Shown here: positions 9,423-18,111 of the stretch, one piece after another
Layout: each line of letters begins with the position of its first letter
Numbering within the stretch: position 1 is the first letter of the stretch
Source of the DNA: a virus
Taxonomy: Duplodnaviria; Caudoviricetes
DNA: 42,639 nucleotides
Strand: one strand, 5' to 3'
IMG/VR virus record: IMGVR_UViG_3300025687_000095
Span: 1 to 42,639 of that record
Made by a program: the position numbers and the translations under genes
Notes under the pieces: model-generated
Databases searched by the model: none
What the model saw: only the letters and a program-made list of their open reading frames with translations
Told to the model about the DNA's origin: nothing

Positions 9423-10707
9423 TCAGTGAATCGCCTGCGGCCGTGAAGACGCGTGCGCGTTGTGGTGTGACCCCCGCTGCCCCAAGACCACCAATGGCGC
9501 CCCAGAGGTGGGAGCTGATGGCGCAATAGCGCATGGCATCGGCCGCATGGCTGGTGGCGTCATGCACAGGGCGTGACTTGTACGCCTGCCGGGCGTCGTC
9601 CCATTCCTTGCGGTAATTGCGCAGCATGCGCAGGCCCTGACTGCAACGCCCTTCATCGAACCAGGCATTCGGCAGCAGGTTGCGCACTTGCTCAATGCCA
9701 TCTGCAAGCGGCAACGACGGCGCGATGTCGAACTCAATGCCCAGGTTGCGAGCGGTCTCCAGGCGCGACTGGCCCGAGCCTAGCTCGCGCACGCGGATGT
9801 CGTGTGGCGCAATGTGCCGACCGAAGATGGCACCGTGCTCTGCGCGCCAGGCATGGAGCCATTGCACGTAATGCTGCAAGCCCTCGCCGGTGGCTTCGTA
9901 GTAATCCACAAACCGAATCTCACGGCTGCCATGCACCTGGAACATCCAGATGGCGGTGGCATCGGAAACGCCTAAGTCCCAGGCGCTATGCACCACCAGG
10001 CCCTTCTCGATCGGCACCGAGGTAACCTGCTGCAAGTTGACATACTTCACGTAGTACGCGCCGTCTTTGTTGGCAAACGGATTGCCCTCCCAGATGTGCT
10101 CATACAAATCCGGGTTGGTGGTTTGCAGATGCACCCGCTCACGCTCCAGCTCTTTGGGGAACCAGGGGTTGTCGGACCAATTGACCTTGACCACATAGGC
10201 ATCCGGCGGCGGCGTCAGCACAAAGCGCTGGTAGGTGGCATCGAACTCATCCATAGGATTGAACGTCACCCAAATCTCGGAGCCTTGTTTGCGGATCGTT
10301 GGCACCAAGGTATCCCAGGACGCGTTGGTCACACTCTCGGCCTCTTCGACCCACACAATGTCGATGCCTTCAAACGACTTGATCTTGGTGACATTGGATT
10401 TCAAACCGGCGAAGAAAAAGCGCGATCCGTTTTTACCCAGGATTTGTGTCTTTTGCACCTCAAAGAACGCCTGCAAGCCCATGCGCTCGATGGTATCGGC
10501 CAACAACTGGATCACCGAGTCTTCGATACTGCGCTGGATTTCGCGGGCACACAGGACCCGTGTGCGCTCCTGGAACGCCTTCGTCACCAGGAGCTGCGCG
10601 ACCGACCAGGATTTACCGGAGCCACGACCGCCATAGGCGACCTTGTAGCGATTGGGTTGTAGAAACGGCTCAAACTTTTCCGTAAGCTGCCACTTGAGCT
10701 TACTCAT
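9412..10707 (-). CDS. terL: Terminase large subunit (PBSX-type)
   Basis: 431 aa; GGRGSGKS Walker A, VWVEEA Walker B, WDLG..D and H.ADA.RY nuclease motifs. Confidence 0.93.
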   Translation of the reverse strand: MSKLKWQLTEKFEPFLQPNRYKVAYGGRGSGKSWSVAQLLVTKAFQERTRVLCAREIQRSIEDSVIQLLADTIERMGLQAFFEVQKTQILGKNGSRFFFAGLKSNVTKIKSFEGIDIVWVEEAESVTNASWDTLVPTIRKQGSEIWVTFNPMDEFDATYQRFVLTPPPDAYVVKVNWSDNPWFPKELERERVHLQTTNPDLYEHIWEGNPFANKDGAYYVKYVNLQQVTSVPIEKGLVVHSAWDLGVSDATAIWMFQVHGSREIRFVDYYEATGEGLQHYVQWLHAWRAEHGAIFGRHIAPHDIRVRELGSGQSRLETARNLGIEFDIAPSLPLADGIEQVRNLLPNAWFDEGRCSQGLRMLRNYRKEWDDARQAYKSRPVHDATSHAADAMRYCAISSHLWGAIGGLGAAGVTPQRARVFTAAGDSLIGY

Positions 10708-11126
10708 GGACGCACGACCTCAATCTGAATCAGACTGGGCAGCGGGTTTTCCGGATCATTGCTCATGATCTGTTTGTCCATACCCACCAGGCGGGCCTTT
10801 CCCATGGTCGCCGCAACGGCCGAGGAGGATTGCTTGGCGCGCAGGGCCATTTGCCGGGCCTCTTCCAGCTCGGCCAGTAACGACTCTTGGGTGACCTCAT
10901 ACCGCTCGGCCATTTCCGCTTTGAGCTGGGCAATGCGCTTTTCCACTAGGGGGCGTTTGGTCACCCGATGCGCGGCACTGCGCACCGACACGTCCTTCAT
11001 GTTCTCGGTGCTGTAGGATGCGCGATAGGCTTTGGTCATACTCGAATGCAGCACCATCTCTTGGCAAAATTTCTCTTCACGGTCGGTCAATCCAGTCTCG
11101 GGATCGGTCCTCATTTTTCCAGCCAT
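10704..11126 (-). CDS. terS: Terminase small subunit
   Basis: ATG 11126 with GGAGG RBS (140 aa); LT.REE.FC, T.AY..SY HTH and A..A.MGKA.L.G; overlaps terL. Confidence 0.82.
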   Translation of the reverse strand: MAGKMRTDPETGLTDREEKFCQEMVLHSSMTKAYRASYSTENMKDVSVRSAAHRVTKRPLVEKRIAQLKAEMAERYEVTQESLLAELEEARQMALRAKQSSSAVAATMGKARLVGMDKQIMSNDPENPLPSLIQIEVVRP

Positions 11127-11149
11127 GGTGGCCTCCTTTGGTTGTGCTT

Positions 11150-11400
11150 TTTGCAAAAAATTGCAGGGTTTTTGTCGTTGAGCGTTTCTCTTCCAGGTTT
11201 GCAAAAAATTGCAGATTCAGCACTGAAAACACCCCGCATCGCTGCAACGTGCAACACGGTCTATAGACCCGTGTTGCAGCGCGTTGCAGATCGACGCCTT
11301 GCGCAACGTGCAACAAGTTGCACCACGTTGCACCGTGTTGCACGTTGCACATCTGAACCCGCAAAAAAGTGCAAACTTGCAAAACTTTGCAAAGAGCAAT
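11150..11400. repeat. Iteron/palindrome array (candidate replication origin or packaging site)
   Basis: 17-bp direct repeat TTTGCAAAAAATTGCAG (11150, 11198); palindrome GGTCTATAGACC (11258-11269); 17-bp inverted repeat 11243-11259/11333-11349; GTTGCAC at 11317, 11327, 11337, 11344. Confidence 0.75.
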
Positions 11401-11441
11401 GCGCCCCCTGCCATCGGTTTTTCACCCCCGTCACGGCCCCT

Positions 11442-11681
11442 TCACCCACCGTTTTTTGATCCGGTTTTGAGCGTGAAATTGCGCCAATAGGGATTCTTTG
11501 CCGCGATCCTGGCAGCCTCACTTCGACTCATCTGCGGTGTTGCAAACGCCTTCTCAACGGACCAGTGCAGCACCTGGACGCGTCGGTAAATCACCGACCA
11601 GGACAAGCCCAAGGGATTGAGCGCCGGGTCGTGTGCCTGGTGGCGCAGCAGCGCAAGGGCCTCACGGCTTAACGGCTTCAT
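11442..11681 (-). CDS. Small putative DNA-binding protein (R...WS.E.A..P motif)
   Basis: 79 aa from ATG 11681 with GGAG RBS; LGLSWSVIYRRVQVLHWSVEKAFATP. Confidence 0.55.
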   Translation of the reverse strand: MKPLSREALALLRHQAHDPALNPLGLSWSVIYRRVQVLHWSVEKAFATPQMSRSEAARIAAKNPYWRNFTLKTGSKNGG

Positions 11682-11702
11682 TCGACTCCCCAAACCCTGG
11701 TC

Positions 11703-11936
11703 TCAGTAGACAGACCACAGCTCACGGGTCCAATCACGCGGCTTCGGGCCAAACGCAATCTCGACACTGACACCATCCGATTGCCAATGGGACGGGACGC
11801 CCTCTTCAGGATGGTAGGTGCCGGTTGGGGTGGGACGCTCTTCATAAAACATCCACTCGCCATCGGCATCCTGCGCCATCCACTGCGCCCATTCCGGGAC
11901 CTCAATCTCAAGCCAAAGGGTTTTGGGTTTTGCCAT
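11703..11936 (-). CDS. Hypothetical phage protein
   Basis: 77 aa, AAGGAG RBS, PEWAQWMAQDADGEW..Y..RP motif familiar from small phage proteins. Confidence 0.65.
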   Translation of the reverse strand: MAKPKTLWLEIEVPEWAQWMAQDADGEWMFYEERPTPTGTYHPEEGVPSHWQSDGVSVEIAFGPKPRDWTRELWSVY

Positions 11937-11976
11937 CGTCGTGCTCCTTGGGGTGTGTTGTTTTCAATCGTCGTGC

Positions 11977-14025
11977 TCATGCCAGGACCTTGACGTGCTC
12001 ACCGTCCTGGTAGAACGCGGCATCGTCCATGTCCAAAACCTTTTTCAATGCGCGCTGAGCGCGTTGCTTGCGGGTATCCCGCCCGCCTTCGGCTGGCGCA
12101 TCCATGCGGTCCACCAGGGTGTCGACGAGGTAGGTCAGCGCAATGCCGGCGCCGTCGGTCGGGACGGTCTGCACGATCACGTCCATCGCCAATTGCTCAT
12201 TGGCCCCGAGCTTGCGCTTTTTCACCGTGCCCTGGCTGCGCGGTACGTCGGACTCCACCGCCACGCAGGAATCGATGACATCGCCGTCTTCGTCCGTGCC
12301 CACGGCCACGACGTCGAGCTTGAAGCCATAGGCCAAGCCGTCTTCGCCGTCCTTTTGCTTGGAGACGCGGAAGTAGCGATCGCCCTCTTTGGTGCGAATG
12401 ACCTCCAGCTCAGCATCGGCCGCTGCGCGTAAGCCCGACCAGCCGCGCGCGCCTTTGCTGGCGTCCTTGCCGGCGTGATGCACGAGGATCACTAAGGCGC
12501 CGGTGGCAATGTGGATCCCGCGACAGTGCGCCAGCGCCTGGCCGACGTGCTCGCCGGCGTTTTCATTGGCGCCAGGCATGACCTGGGCAAAGGTGTCGAC
12601 CACGACCACCGAGGCTTTGCCGGTGTGGGCAATGGCCTTGGCCACATCGAGCGCGTCTTTCTTTTCAAGGAAATTTGGGGTGGCGTGAATGACATCCAGC
12701 GGTACGCCCTGGAGGTCGATGCCATGGTGCAAGGCATAGGCGCTGAGGCGTTTGCGAAAGCCGCCCCCGCCTTCGGCGGCGAGGTAGACCACGCGGCCTT
12801 GTTTGACCCGGTGGTCGCGCCAAGGCGTGCCGCGGGCAATGCTGAACGCCAGGTCCAGGGCCAAGAAGGATTTACCCGAGCCAGACTCCCCGAACAGGAC
12901 CAGCAACTCGGCCTTGGGCACAAGGCCCTTCACAATCCACGACGGCGGTGTGCCCTGACTGAATTGTGCCGCCGGGACGGGCTGGTAGCGTAAATCGTTG
13001 GCGGCACGGGTTAGGTCCGGTGTGCTGGAAGGTAACGCGGCCTGGGCCACAGGGTCGTGCGGCGCTCCGGGCATGGGGGACTCCTCACGGGTCTGCGCGT
13101 CGAGGTTTTCAAACTCATCCAAAGAGATGACGGTGCCGATGTGGGCGCCATTGCGGGCGGCCATTTGCACCAGAGTACGGGCCGTGACCACGCGGCCGGT
13201 GGCACGGCCAAAGGAGTTCCAGCGACTGTGCAAGACGGCTTCGCCGGGGTATTTGCTGCCGCGCTTGGACCAGGTGTTCCAGTACGTGAAACCCTGGCCC
13301 TGGGTCTCATGGTGCAGGGCCATGCCGACATGCAACCAGGCATCGTGCTCCATGTCGGGATCGAGTACGTCCAAGGCGTCGTGGAGCTGGGCGTCGGTCA
13401 AGCCCATGGGCTGCGCGTCTAACGGATCACTGAACGCACGCTCGGCGCCGAATCGCTCCAGGTAATACGCCCGCACCTCTTCGCTGAGATCGAGGATGGT
13501 GTCGTGCGCGCCGAGCATTTCGGTCAAGTCCAGGGTGTTGCCGGTCAGGGTCACATAGCCCTTGTCGGAAAACGTCTCAAACCCAAACGGCGGGTCTTGC
13601 GATTTGCGATTGGCCAAATGCCCGCGCATGAACGCGCGGACGCCCTGGCCCGAGGGGGAATACTCAGCGTAGGTGCCGGCGACCAAGGTTTGTACGGTGG
13701 GGTGCAGGCCCTGGGCGTCGATGCAATTGTCGAAATCCAAGGCGACCAGGCCCCACTCGGGGAGCAACGCGAACCCGACCCCATCGAACCCGCGCCGGGC
13801 GGCGGCCGACTTGGCGGCTTCAAACGTGGTGAGCTGAGAGCGGTCCTCCGCCCCACCCTGGACGCCATGGCGACGACCGCCAGCCGTGTAATACGGCACC
13901 TTGCGGGGTTTTTCTTGCGACTCGTCCTCTTCGTATCGCCAGATGAGCCAACCCTGCAAATTGCGCAGGGCGCTGGGGGCGTGAATGTCTTTTAAGTGCG
14001 GATTGAGCTTGGACACTGCGTTCAT
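11977..14025 (-). CDS. Primase-polymerase / PriCT-2 / AAA_25 helicase fusion
   Basis: 682 aa; N-terminal prim-pol (KVPY, LDFD.C, YAE.SPSG.G), PriCT-2 (W..VGMAL...W..WS...SKY), helicase GESGSGKS, VVVDT, LVHH.GK, RG.S.L. Confidence 0.88.
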   Translation of the reverse strand: MNAVSKLNPHLKDIHAPSALRNLQGWLIWRYEEDESQEKPRKVPYYTAGGRRHGVQGGAEDRSQLTTFEAAKSAAARRGFDGVGFALLPEWGLVALDFDNCIDAQGLHPTVQTLVAGTYAEYSPSGQGVRAFMRGHLANRKSQDPPFGFETFSDKGYVTLTGNTLDLTEMLGAHDTILDLSEEVRAYYLERFGAERAFSDPLDAQPMGLTDAQLHDALDVLDPDMEHDAWLHVGMALHHETQGQGFTYWNTWSKRGSKYPGEAVLHSRWNSFGRATGRVVTARTLVQMAARNGAHIGTVISLDEFENLDAQTREESPMPGAPHDPVAQAALPSSTPDLTRAANDLRYQPVPAAQFSQGTPPSWIVKGLVPKAELLVLFGESGSGKSFLALDLAFSIARGTPWRDHRVKQGRVVYLAAEGGGGFRKRLSAYALHHGIDLQGVPLDVIHATPNFLEKKDALDVAKAIAHTGKASVVVVDTFAQVMPGANENAGEHVGQALAHCRGIHIATGALVILVHHAGKDASKGARGWSGLRAAADAELEVIRTKEGDRYFRVSKQKDGEDGLAYGFKLDVVAVGTDEDGDVIDSCVAVESDVPRSQGTVKKRKLGANEQLAMDVIVQTVPTDGAGIALTYLVDTLVDRMDAPAEGGRDTRKQRAQRALKKVLDMDDAAFYQDGEHVKVLA

Positions 14026-14249
14026 CCGCAGGTCCCCAAGTCCACCAGGTCCACCAGGCGTGGGTTGAGCAGGCGTTTGCGCGGCACGCCGAATTGGGCT
14101 TCGATTTCCACCGCTCGGCGCGTGGGCACGTAGCCGCGGCGCAGGCAGGTGGAGATGAATTGCTGAGAGACGCCCAAACGTCGGGCGAGATTGGATTGGC
14201 TTCCTGCCGCCAGTACGGCTTCTTCAATGCCGGTTTTTGTTGATGTCAT
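14022..14249 (-). CDS. Cro/YdaS-like HTH regulator
   Basis: ATG 14249 with GGAGG RBS, 75 aa; GSQSNLARRLGVSQQFIS...VP..RA..IE. Confidence 0.8.
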   Translation of the reverse strand: MTSTKTGIEEAVLAAGSQSNLARRLGVSQQFISTCLRRGYVPTRRAVEIEAQFGVPRKRLLNPRLVDLVDLGTCG

Positions 14250-14273
14250 CACAACCTCCATGGGAATTGGCCG

Positions 14274-14302
14274 ATCGTATTTAGTTGTACAACAAAATAC
14301 AA
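14274..14302 (-). promoter_or_regulatory. Putative leftward early promoter for cro-primase operon
   Basis: TTGTAT, 17 nt, TACGAT; spacer contains the GTTGTACAAC palindrome. Confidence 0.55.
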
Positions 14303-14337
14303 GTAGGGAACCCCCCAAAACGCTGACTTTTTTGATG

Positions 14338-14366
14338 TTTACACAACAAAACAGTTGTGATAGCGT
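14338..14366 (+). promoter_or_regulatory. Putative repressor-gene promoter with overlapping operator
   Basis: TTTACA, 17 nt, TAGCGT; operator ACAACAAAACAGTTGT at 14343-14358 covers the spacer. Confidence 0.55.
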
Positions 14367-14443
14367 AGGAATGCTGTTGTTACAAACTGTTACAACAACA
14401 GGTTGACAGACAAAATAAACGGTTTCACTGGAGGTTTTCATTT

Positions 14444-15298
14444 ATGTCGGAGTCTGACGCGATCGCCGACTTGGCCCTGATCTTGGAGGGCGATCTACAA
14501 CGGATCGAAATGACCCAGGAGCAGTTGGCCGAGCAGCTCAACGTGACCCAGCAAGCCATTAGCTTGTGGAAGGCACGGGGCTACATTCCCAAGCGCCGCA
14601 TCCCCGAAGTCCTGGCCGTGCTCGGCAAAGGCTCGGAGCTGGCGCGCGCGGTTGAAGAAGAGCGCATTCCCCTCTCCCCGGTGGATGCAGCGTTTCGCAA
14701 GATCGACCGCGACAACGTAGGCAGCGGCACGCCGCAGCGTCGCGAAAGCGATCGGCTGCGCACAGAACACCGCAGCCGGATGATGCGATGGGTCACCGCG
14801 CATGACGCTGCACTGGAGCTGGTGCGCAATCATGTGCCCGATGCCGCCACCCAAGAAGCGATCGACGTCAACGGCGCTCGCCGCGTCTATGACTACGTTT
14901 CCGAGCATTTTGTGGCCACCTTGAAGCGGGCGCCGGTGCTGCGTCGTTCCTATAGCGATCAGCCGCCCCTGCTGGATGCTCGCCCGCTCAGCAACGACCT
15001 GCTGAACCTGATGCTGCTTTCCCTGCAGGAAGGCCATCGTCGTGCGTGCCTGCTGTATTTGGTCTGCGAAGACACACGGGTCATGGAAACCGAACAAGTC
15101 CGCAGAGCGCTCAATCGCCTGGCGCGAGATGCCGAGGTCCTGCGCGTCACCCTGGTCGTGGTGTCTTCTGCAGATGAGGCCGCCAAGGACCTGCTGCGCC
15201 GTGAAAGCGTGTTTCAAGACTTCAACGACGATCCAATCAGCGACAGCGACGCGCTCGATGAGCTGAGCGCCGAATACCCCGACGAGCCGCTGTTCTAA
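14444..15298 (+). CDS. CI-like repressor: XRE HTH plus atypical C-terminal domain
   Basis: 284 aa, GGAGG RBS; MTQEQLAEQLNVTQQAISLW HTH; divergent from cro; no S24 peptidase motifs seen. Confidence 0.72.
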   Translation: MSESDAIADLALILEGDLQRIEMTQEQLAEQLNVTQQAISLWKARGYIPKRRIPEVLAVLGKGSELARAVEEERIPLSPVDAAFRKIDRDNVGSGTPQRRESDRLRTEHRSRMMRWVTAHDAALELVRNHVPDAATQEAIDVNGARRVYDYVSEHFVATLKRAPVLRRSYSDQPPLLDARPLSNDLLNLMLLSLQEGHRRACLLYLVCEDTRVMETEQVRRALNRLARDAEVLRVTLVVVSSADEAAKDLLRRESVFQDFNDDPISDSDALDELSAEYPDEPLF

Positions 15299-15345
15299 GT
15301 CGCATTCCGGGCCGAAATCGGCCGCCCCGCACCCTCTTTTTTGAG

Positions 15346-15372
15346 AAACGTCCTACATAGGACGTTTTTTTT
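15346..15372 (+). terminator. Terminator after repressor gene
   Basis: AAACGTCCT-ACAT-AGGACGTTT followed by a T run. Confidence 0.75.
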
Positions 15373-15382
15373 CGCATTTTTC

Positions 15383-15424
15383 ACAACTAAACAGTTGCAC
15401 AACACAACATTGTGCTGCTAGAGT
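15383..15424 (+). promoter_or_regulatory. Rightward early promoter with operator
   Basis: Operator ACAACTAAACAGTTGC (15383-15398) overlaps -35 TTGCAC (15395-15400); 18 nt; extended -10 TGcTAGAGT (15416-15424). Confidence 0.6.
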
Positions 15425-15459
15425 GCGCCTTATCTTGTACAACACAACAGGAAAAGCGC

Positions 15460-15519
15460 ATGAAAACGTCCCGTTTTGCTCTCCTAAGCCCGCATTTCAC
15501 AACAGGGTTTTGCGCATGA
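15460..15519 (+). CDS. Putative 19-aa leader peptide
   Basis: AGGA RBS; MKTSRFALLSPHFTTGFCA; stop overlaps the next ATG (ATGA). Confidence 0.35.
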   Translation: MKTSRFALLSPHFTTGFCA

Positions 15520-15671
15520 GCGTGCAGCCCCTGGTCCCTGGCCGTGCCTATGCCGTCCGCCTGCACGGCGTGGTCACCCCCGTCCTCAGCTCCCATCCGG
15601 TCGATGCCTTGCTCGCCATGGCCCGCATCGCCTGGACCCACAAAACCCGTCAGGAGAGATCCCATGCTTGA
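15516..15671 (+). CDS. Small hypothetical early protein
   Basis: 51 aa MSVQPLVPGRAYAVRLHG...; overlaps both neighbours. Confidence 0.5.
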   Translation: MSVQPLVPGRAYAVRLHGVVTPVLSSHPVDALLAMARIAWTHKTRQERSHA

Positions 15672-16035
15672 AACCCAACTCCAAGAACTGAACCAGAACA
15701 TCAGCTCGCTGATTCAGATCATGCAAAAAGCCTACAGCCAGGAAGTGGATGTCCAGGCACACGCCTACCGCGAGGCCAAGGCCATTGAAGTGGAACCAGC
15801 CGAAGCCGCCCCTGCCCCGGCCGCGGCGTCCGCACCCACCCCGGCTACGGAACCTGCAACCAACCTCAGCGCCGACGACGTGCGCGTGCTGATTTTGGAC
15901 ATTGTGAAGAAAGGCGGTCGCGATGCGGCGGTCCGCCTCTTGGGCCAATTCGGCGTGAGCACCGCACCGGAACTCAAAGCTGAGCAGTACAGCGCCTTCA
16001 TGGATGCCGGTCGCAAAGTGCTGGCGGAGGCGTAA
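15664..16035 (+). CDS. Hypothetical protein typical of APSE-like replication modules
   Basis: ATG 15664 with AGGAG RBS, 123 aa; Ala/Pro linker and C-terminal G...A..LL..FG.....EL..EQY domain. Confidence 0.7.
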   Translation: MLETQLQELNQNISSLIQIMQKAYSQEVDVQAHAYREAKAIEVEPAEAAPAPAAASAPTPATEPATNLSADDVRVLILDIVKKGGRDAAVRLLGQFGVSTAPELKAEQYSAFMDAGRKVLAEA

Positions 16036-16037
16036 GG

Positions 16038-17180
16038 ATGCAGGCGCACGCAAAGTTGTCCCCGAGTGGTGCCCATCGCTGGATGCACTGCCCCGGTAGC
16101 GTCGCCCTGGAAGCCGATTTTCCAGACACCTCCAGTGCGTTTGCCGACGAAGGCACCGCCGCCCATGAGATTGCCGCCGTCGCCTTGACCGAAAGGAATC
16201 CCGCCTCGGCCTATTTCGGTCGCACCATCCCCGTGGGCGAGCGTGAGTTTGTGGTCGACGACGAGATGGTCAGTCACGTGCAAACCTACCTCGACAGCCT
16301 GGAGGAGTACACCGACGGCCATCAAGTGTTTGTCGAGCAGCGGGTCAATTTCTCCGACGCCATCGGCATACCGGAATCGTTTGGCACCAGTGACGCCATC
16401 GCCATCGTCGGGGATGAGCTGCAAGTGCATGACCTGAAATATGGCCGTGGTGTGCGGGTGTATGCCCCGGAAAACGAACAACTTCAGCTCTATGCCCTGG
16501 GCGCATTGAATGACTTCGGCATGCTCGGTGAGTTTCATCGCGTGCGCATGGTCATTCACCAGCCGCGCCTGAATCACATCAGCGAATGGGACCTCAGTGT
16601 CCAGGAGCTGAATGAGTTTGCTGCAGAAGCCCATGCGGCTGCGCAACGCACCCTCACCAGTACGGAACTGAACCCTGGTGAAAAGCAATGCCGCTGGTGC
16701 AAAGCCAAGGCCACCTGTCCAGCCCTCAGTCAGCTCATTGAAGATGAGTTTGAGGCGCTGCCCGAACCCAACGCCGAGACCGACGCCGACCACCTGGCGC
16801 ATGCCATGGATCAGGTGGACATGATCGAAGCCTGGTGCAAAGCCATCCGTGCAGAAATCGAACGCCGCCTACTCAACGGGCAAAGCATTCGTGGCTACAA
16901 GTTGGTGGAAGGCCGTCGTGGTGCCCGCAAGTGGACCAACGAAGACGACGTGGCCGATGCGCTGAAGAAGGCCAGGCTCAAGCACGAGCAAATGTACAAC
17001 TACGCGCTGATCAGCCCGACTGCGGCCGAAAAGCTCAGTAAGTCTGGCGAACTGGGTCCGCGTCAGTGGACCGCCTTACAAGCCCTGATTACGCAATCCG
17101 ATGGCAAGCCGTCGGTTGCGCCTGTGCATGACAAACGTCCTGCGCTCCAAATTGACAGTGATTTCGATGCTGTCGCGTAA
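16038..17180 (+). CDS. Cas4-like PD-(D/E)XK exonuclease (DUF2800-type)
   Basis: 380 aa; HAKLSPS.AHRW..CPGS, EGTAAH, FGTSD, DLKYG, QL.LYALG, CRWC.....C. Confidence 0.87.
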   Translation: MQAHAKLSPSGAHRWMHCPGSVALEADFPDTSSAFADEGTAAHEIAAVALTERNPASAYFGRTIPVGEREFVVDDEMVSHVQTYLDSLEEYTDGHQVFVEQRVNFSDAIGIPESFGTSDAIAIVGDELQVHDLKYGRGVRVYAPENEQLQLYALGALNDFGMLGEFHRVRMVIHQPRLNHISEWDLSVQELNEFAAEAHAAAQRTLTSTELNPGEKQCRWCKAKATCPALSQLIEDEFEALPEPNAETDADHLAHAMDQVDMIEAWCKAIRAEIERRLLNGQSIRGYKLVEGRRGARKWTNEDDVADALKKARLKHEQMYNYALISPTAAEKLSKSGELGPRQWTALQALITQSDGKPSVAPVHDKRPALQIDSDFDAVA

Positions 17181-17202
17181 CCCCCTCTGTTAGGAGATTT
17201 TT

Positions 17203-17751
17203 ATGAAAGTCAAATTGACCAATGTCCGCCTTGCGTTTCCGCAATTGTTTGAAGCGCGCTCGTTTAACGGTGACGACAACGCCGCCTTTTCTGCGAGCTT
17301 CATCATGGAACCTGATCACGCCTCTGTCGATGAGCTGGCGAAAGCAACCGATGTTGTGGGTAAAGAAAAGTGGGGCGCAAAGTGGGATCAGATCAAGAAA
17401 GAACTGACCCTGAAGGACAAGCTGCCGCTGCACGACGGTGACATCAAAGCGAACTACGCGGGCTTTGCCGGCAACGTGTTTGTCAATGCACGCAACAAGA
17501 CCCGCCCCTCGGTCGTGGATCGTGACACCACCCCCTTGGTGTTGGCCGACGGTAAGCCCTATGCCGGCTGCTACGTCATTGCCAGCATTGAGCTTTGGGC
17601 ACAAGACAACAACTACGGCAAGCGCATCAACGCCACCTTGCGCGGCGTGCAATTCCTGCGCGATGGTGAAGCCTTCTCTGGTGGCGCTGCCGCCAATGAA
17701 GATGAGTTTGAAGCAATTTCAGACGACGAACTGTTGGCAGGACTGGTGTGA
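17203..17751 (+). CDS. ssDNA-binding protein (DUF2815-type)
   Basis: 182 aa; VRLAFP.LF, LHDGD, YAGCY, L.GVQF..DGE.F, acidic tail. Confidence 0.85.
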   Translation: MKVKLTNVRLAFPQLFEARSFNGDDNAAFSASFIMEPDHASVDELAKATDVVGKEKWGAKWDQIKKELTLKDKLPLHDGDIKANYAGFAGNVFVNARNKTRPSVVDRDTTPLVLADGKPYAGCYVIASIELWAQDNNYGKRINATLRGVQFLRDGEAFSGGAAANEDEFEAISDDELLAGLV

Positions 17752-17939
17752 TGGGTAAGGGCATTTGCTTGGAATGCGCCTATTACCAGGGCGGCGGTGC
17801 GCGTGATGGTCTCGGGCATTGTTACTTCAACCCGCCGATTGTCAGCGCCAACCGTGAAAACGAAGGGCACAGCGTACGCCCCATCGTCAGCGCGGTGGAT
17901 TACTGCGCGCTGTTTGTTGCCAAGAAGCATGTTGCGTAA
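17751..17939 (+). CDS. Small Cys-rich hypothetical protein
   Basis: CLEC...GHC..NPP...P.V...DYC; coupled to the SSB stop. Confidence 0.6.
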   Translation: MGKGICLECAYYQGGGARDGLGHCYFNPPIVSANRENEGHSVRPIVSAVDYCALFVAKKHVA

Positions 17940-18111
17940 ATCGCCCACGCTTACCGGCTATCGCAAATCACTACAGGCTCGGCTCCGCCATGCCTCGAAG
18001 TTACTGGACCGCAACCCCAGCAACTTCGAGGCGGAAGTGGACCGCATTCGTTTACTGCACGCCCTAGAGACATTAGATCGTTATGCCAGAACCTACGATT
18101 CAACCGATTGA
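17929..18111 (+). CDS. Small hypothetical protein
   Basis: 60 aa from ATG 17929, helical; fills the gap in the operon and overlaps neighbours. Confidence 0.45.
   Translation: MLRKSPTLTGYRKSLQARLRHASKLLDRNPSNFEAEVDRIRLLHALETLDRYARTYDSTD

Noticed and set aside
11242-11289. Protelomerase (telRL) site
   Set aside because: Palindrome is imperfect, no protelomerase gene is seen, and the phage has an integrase and attP.
11150-11400. CRISPR array
   Set aside because: Repeats are 6-17 bp in both orientations with no regular unique spacers; the Cas4-like gene belongs to the replication module.
11680-11691. 12-bp match ATTCGACTCCCC to the att core
   Set aside because: Short, coincides with an RBS and start codon, no arm sites nearby; plausibly chance.
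14250-14441. Long N-terminal extensions in the ORF track (cro; also terS, 15544, 21655, 38566, 41576)
   Set aside because: Downstream ATGs have clear RBSs or stop-start coupling, and the extensions cross regulatory DNA or neighbouring genes.
15765-16802. 345-aa antisense ORF and similar long opposite-strand ORFs (14495-15217, 3341-4039, 9988-10662, 29072-29764)
   Set aside because: Shadows of well-supported genes in GC-rich DNA; no motifs or RBS support.
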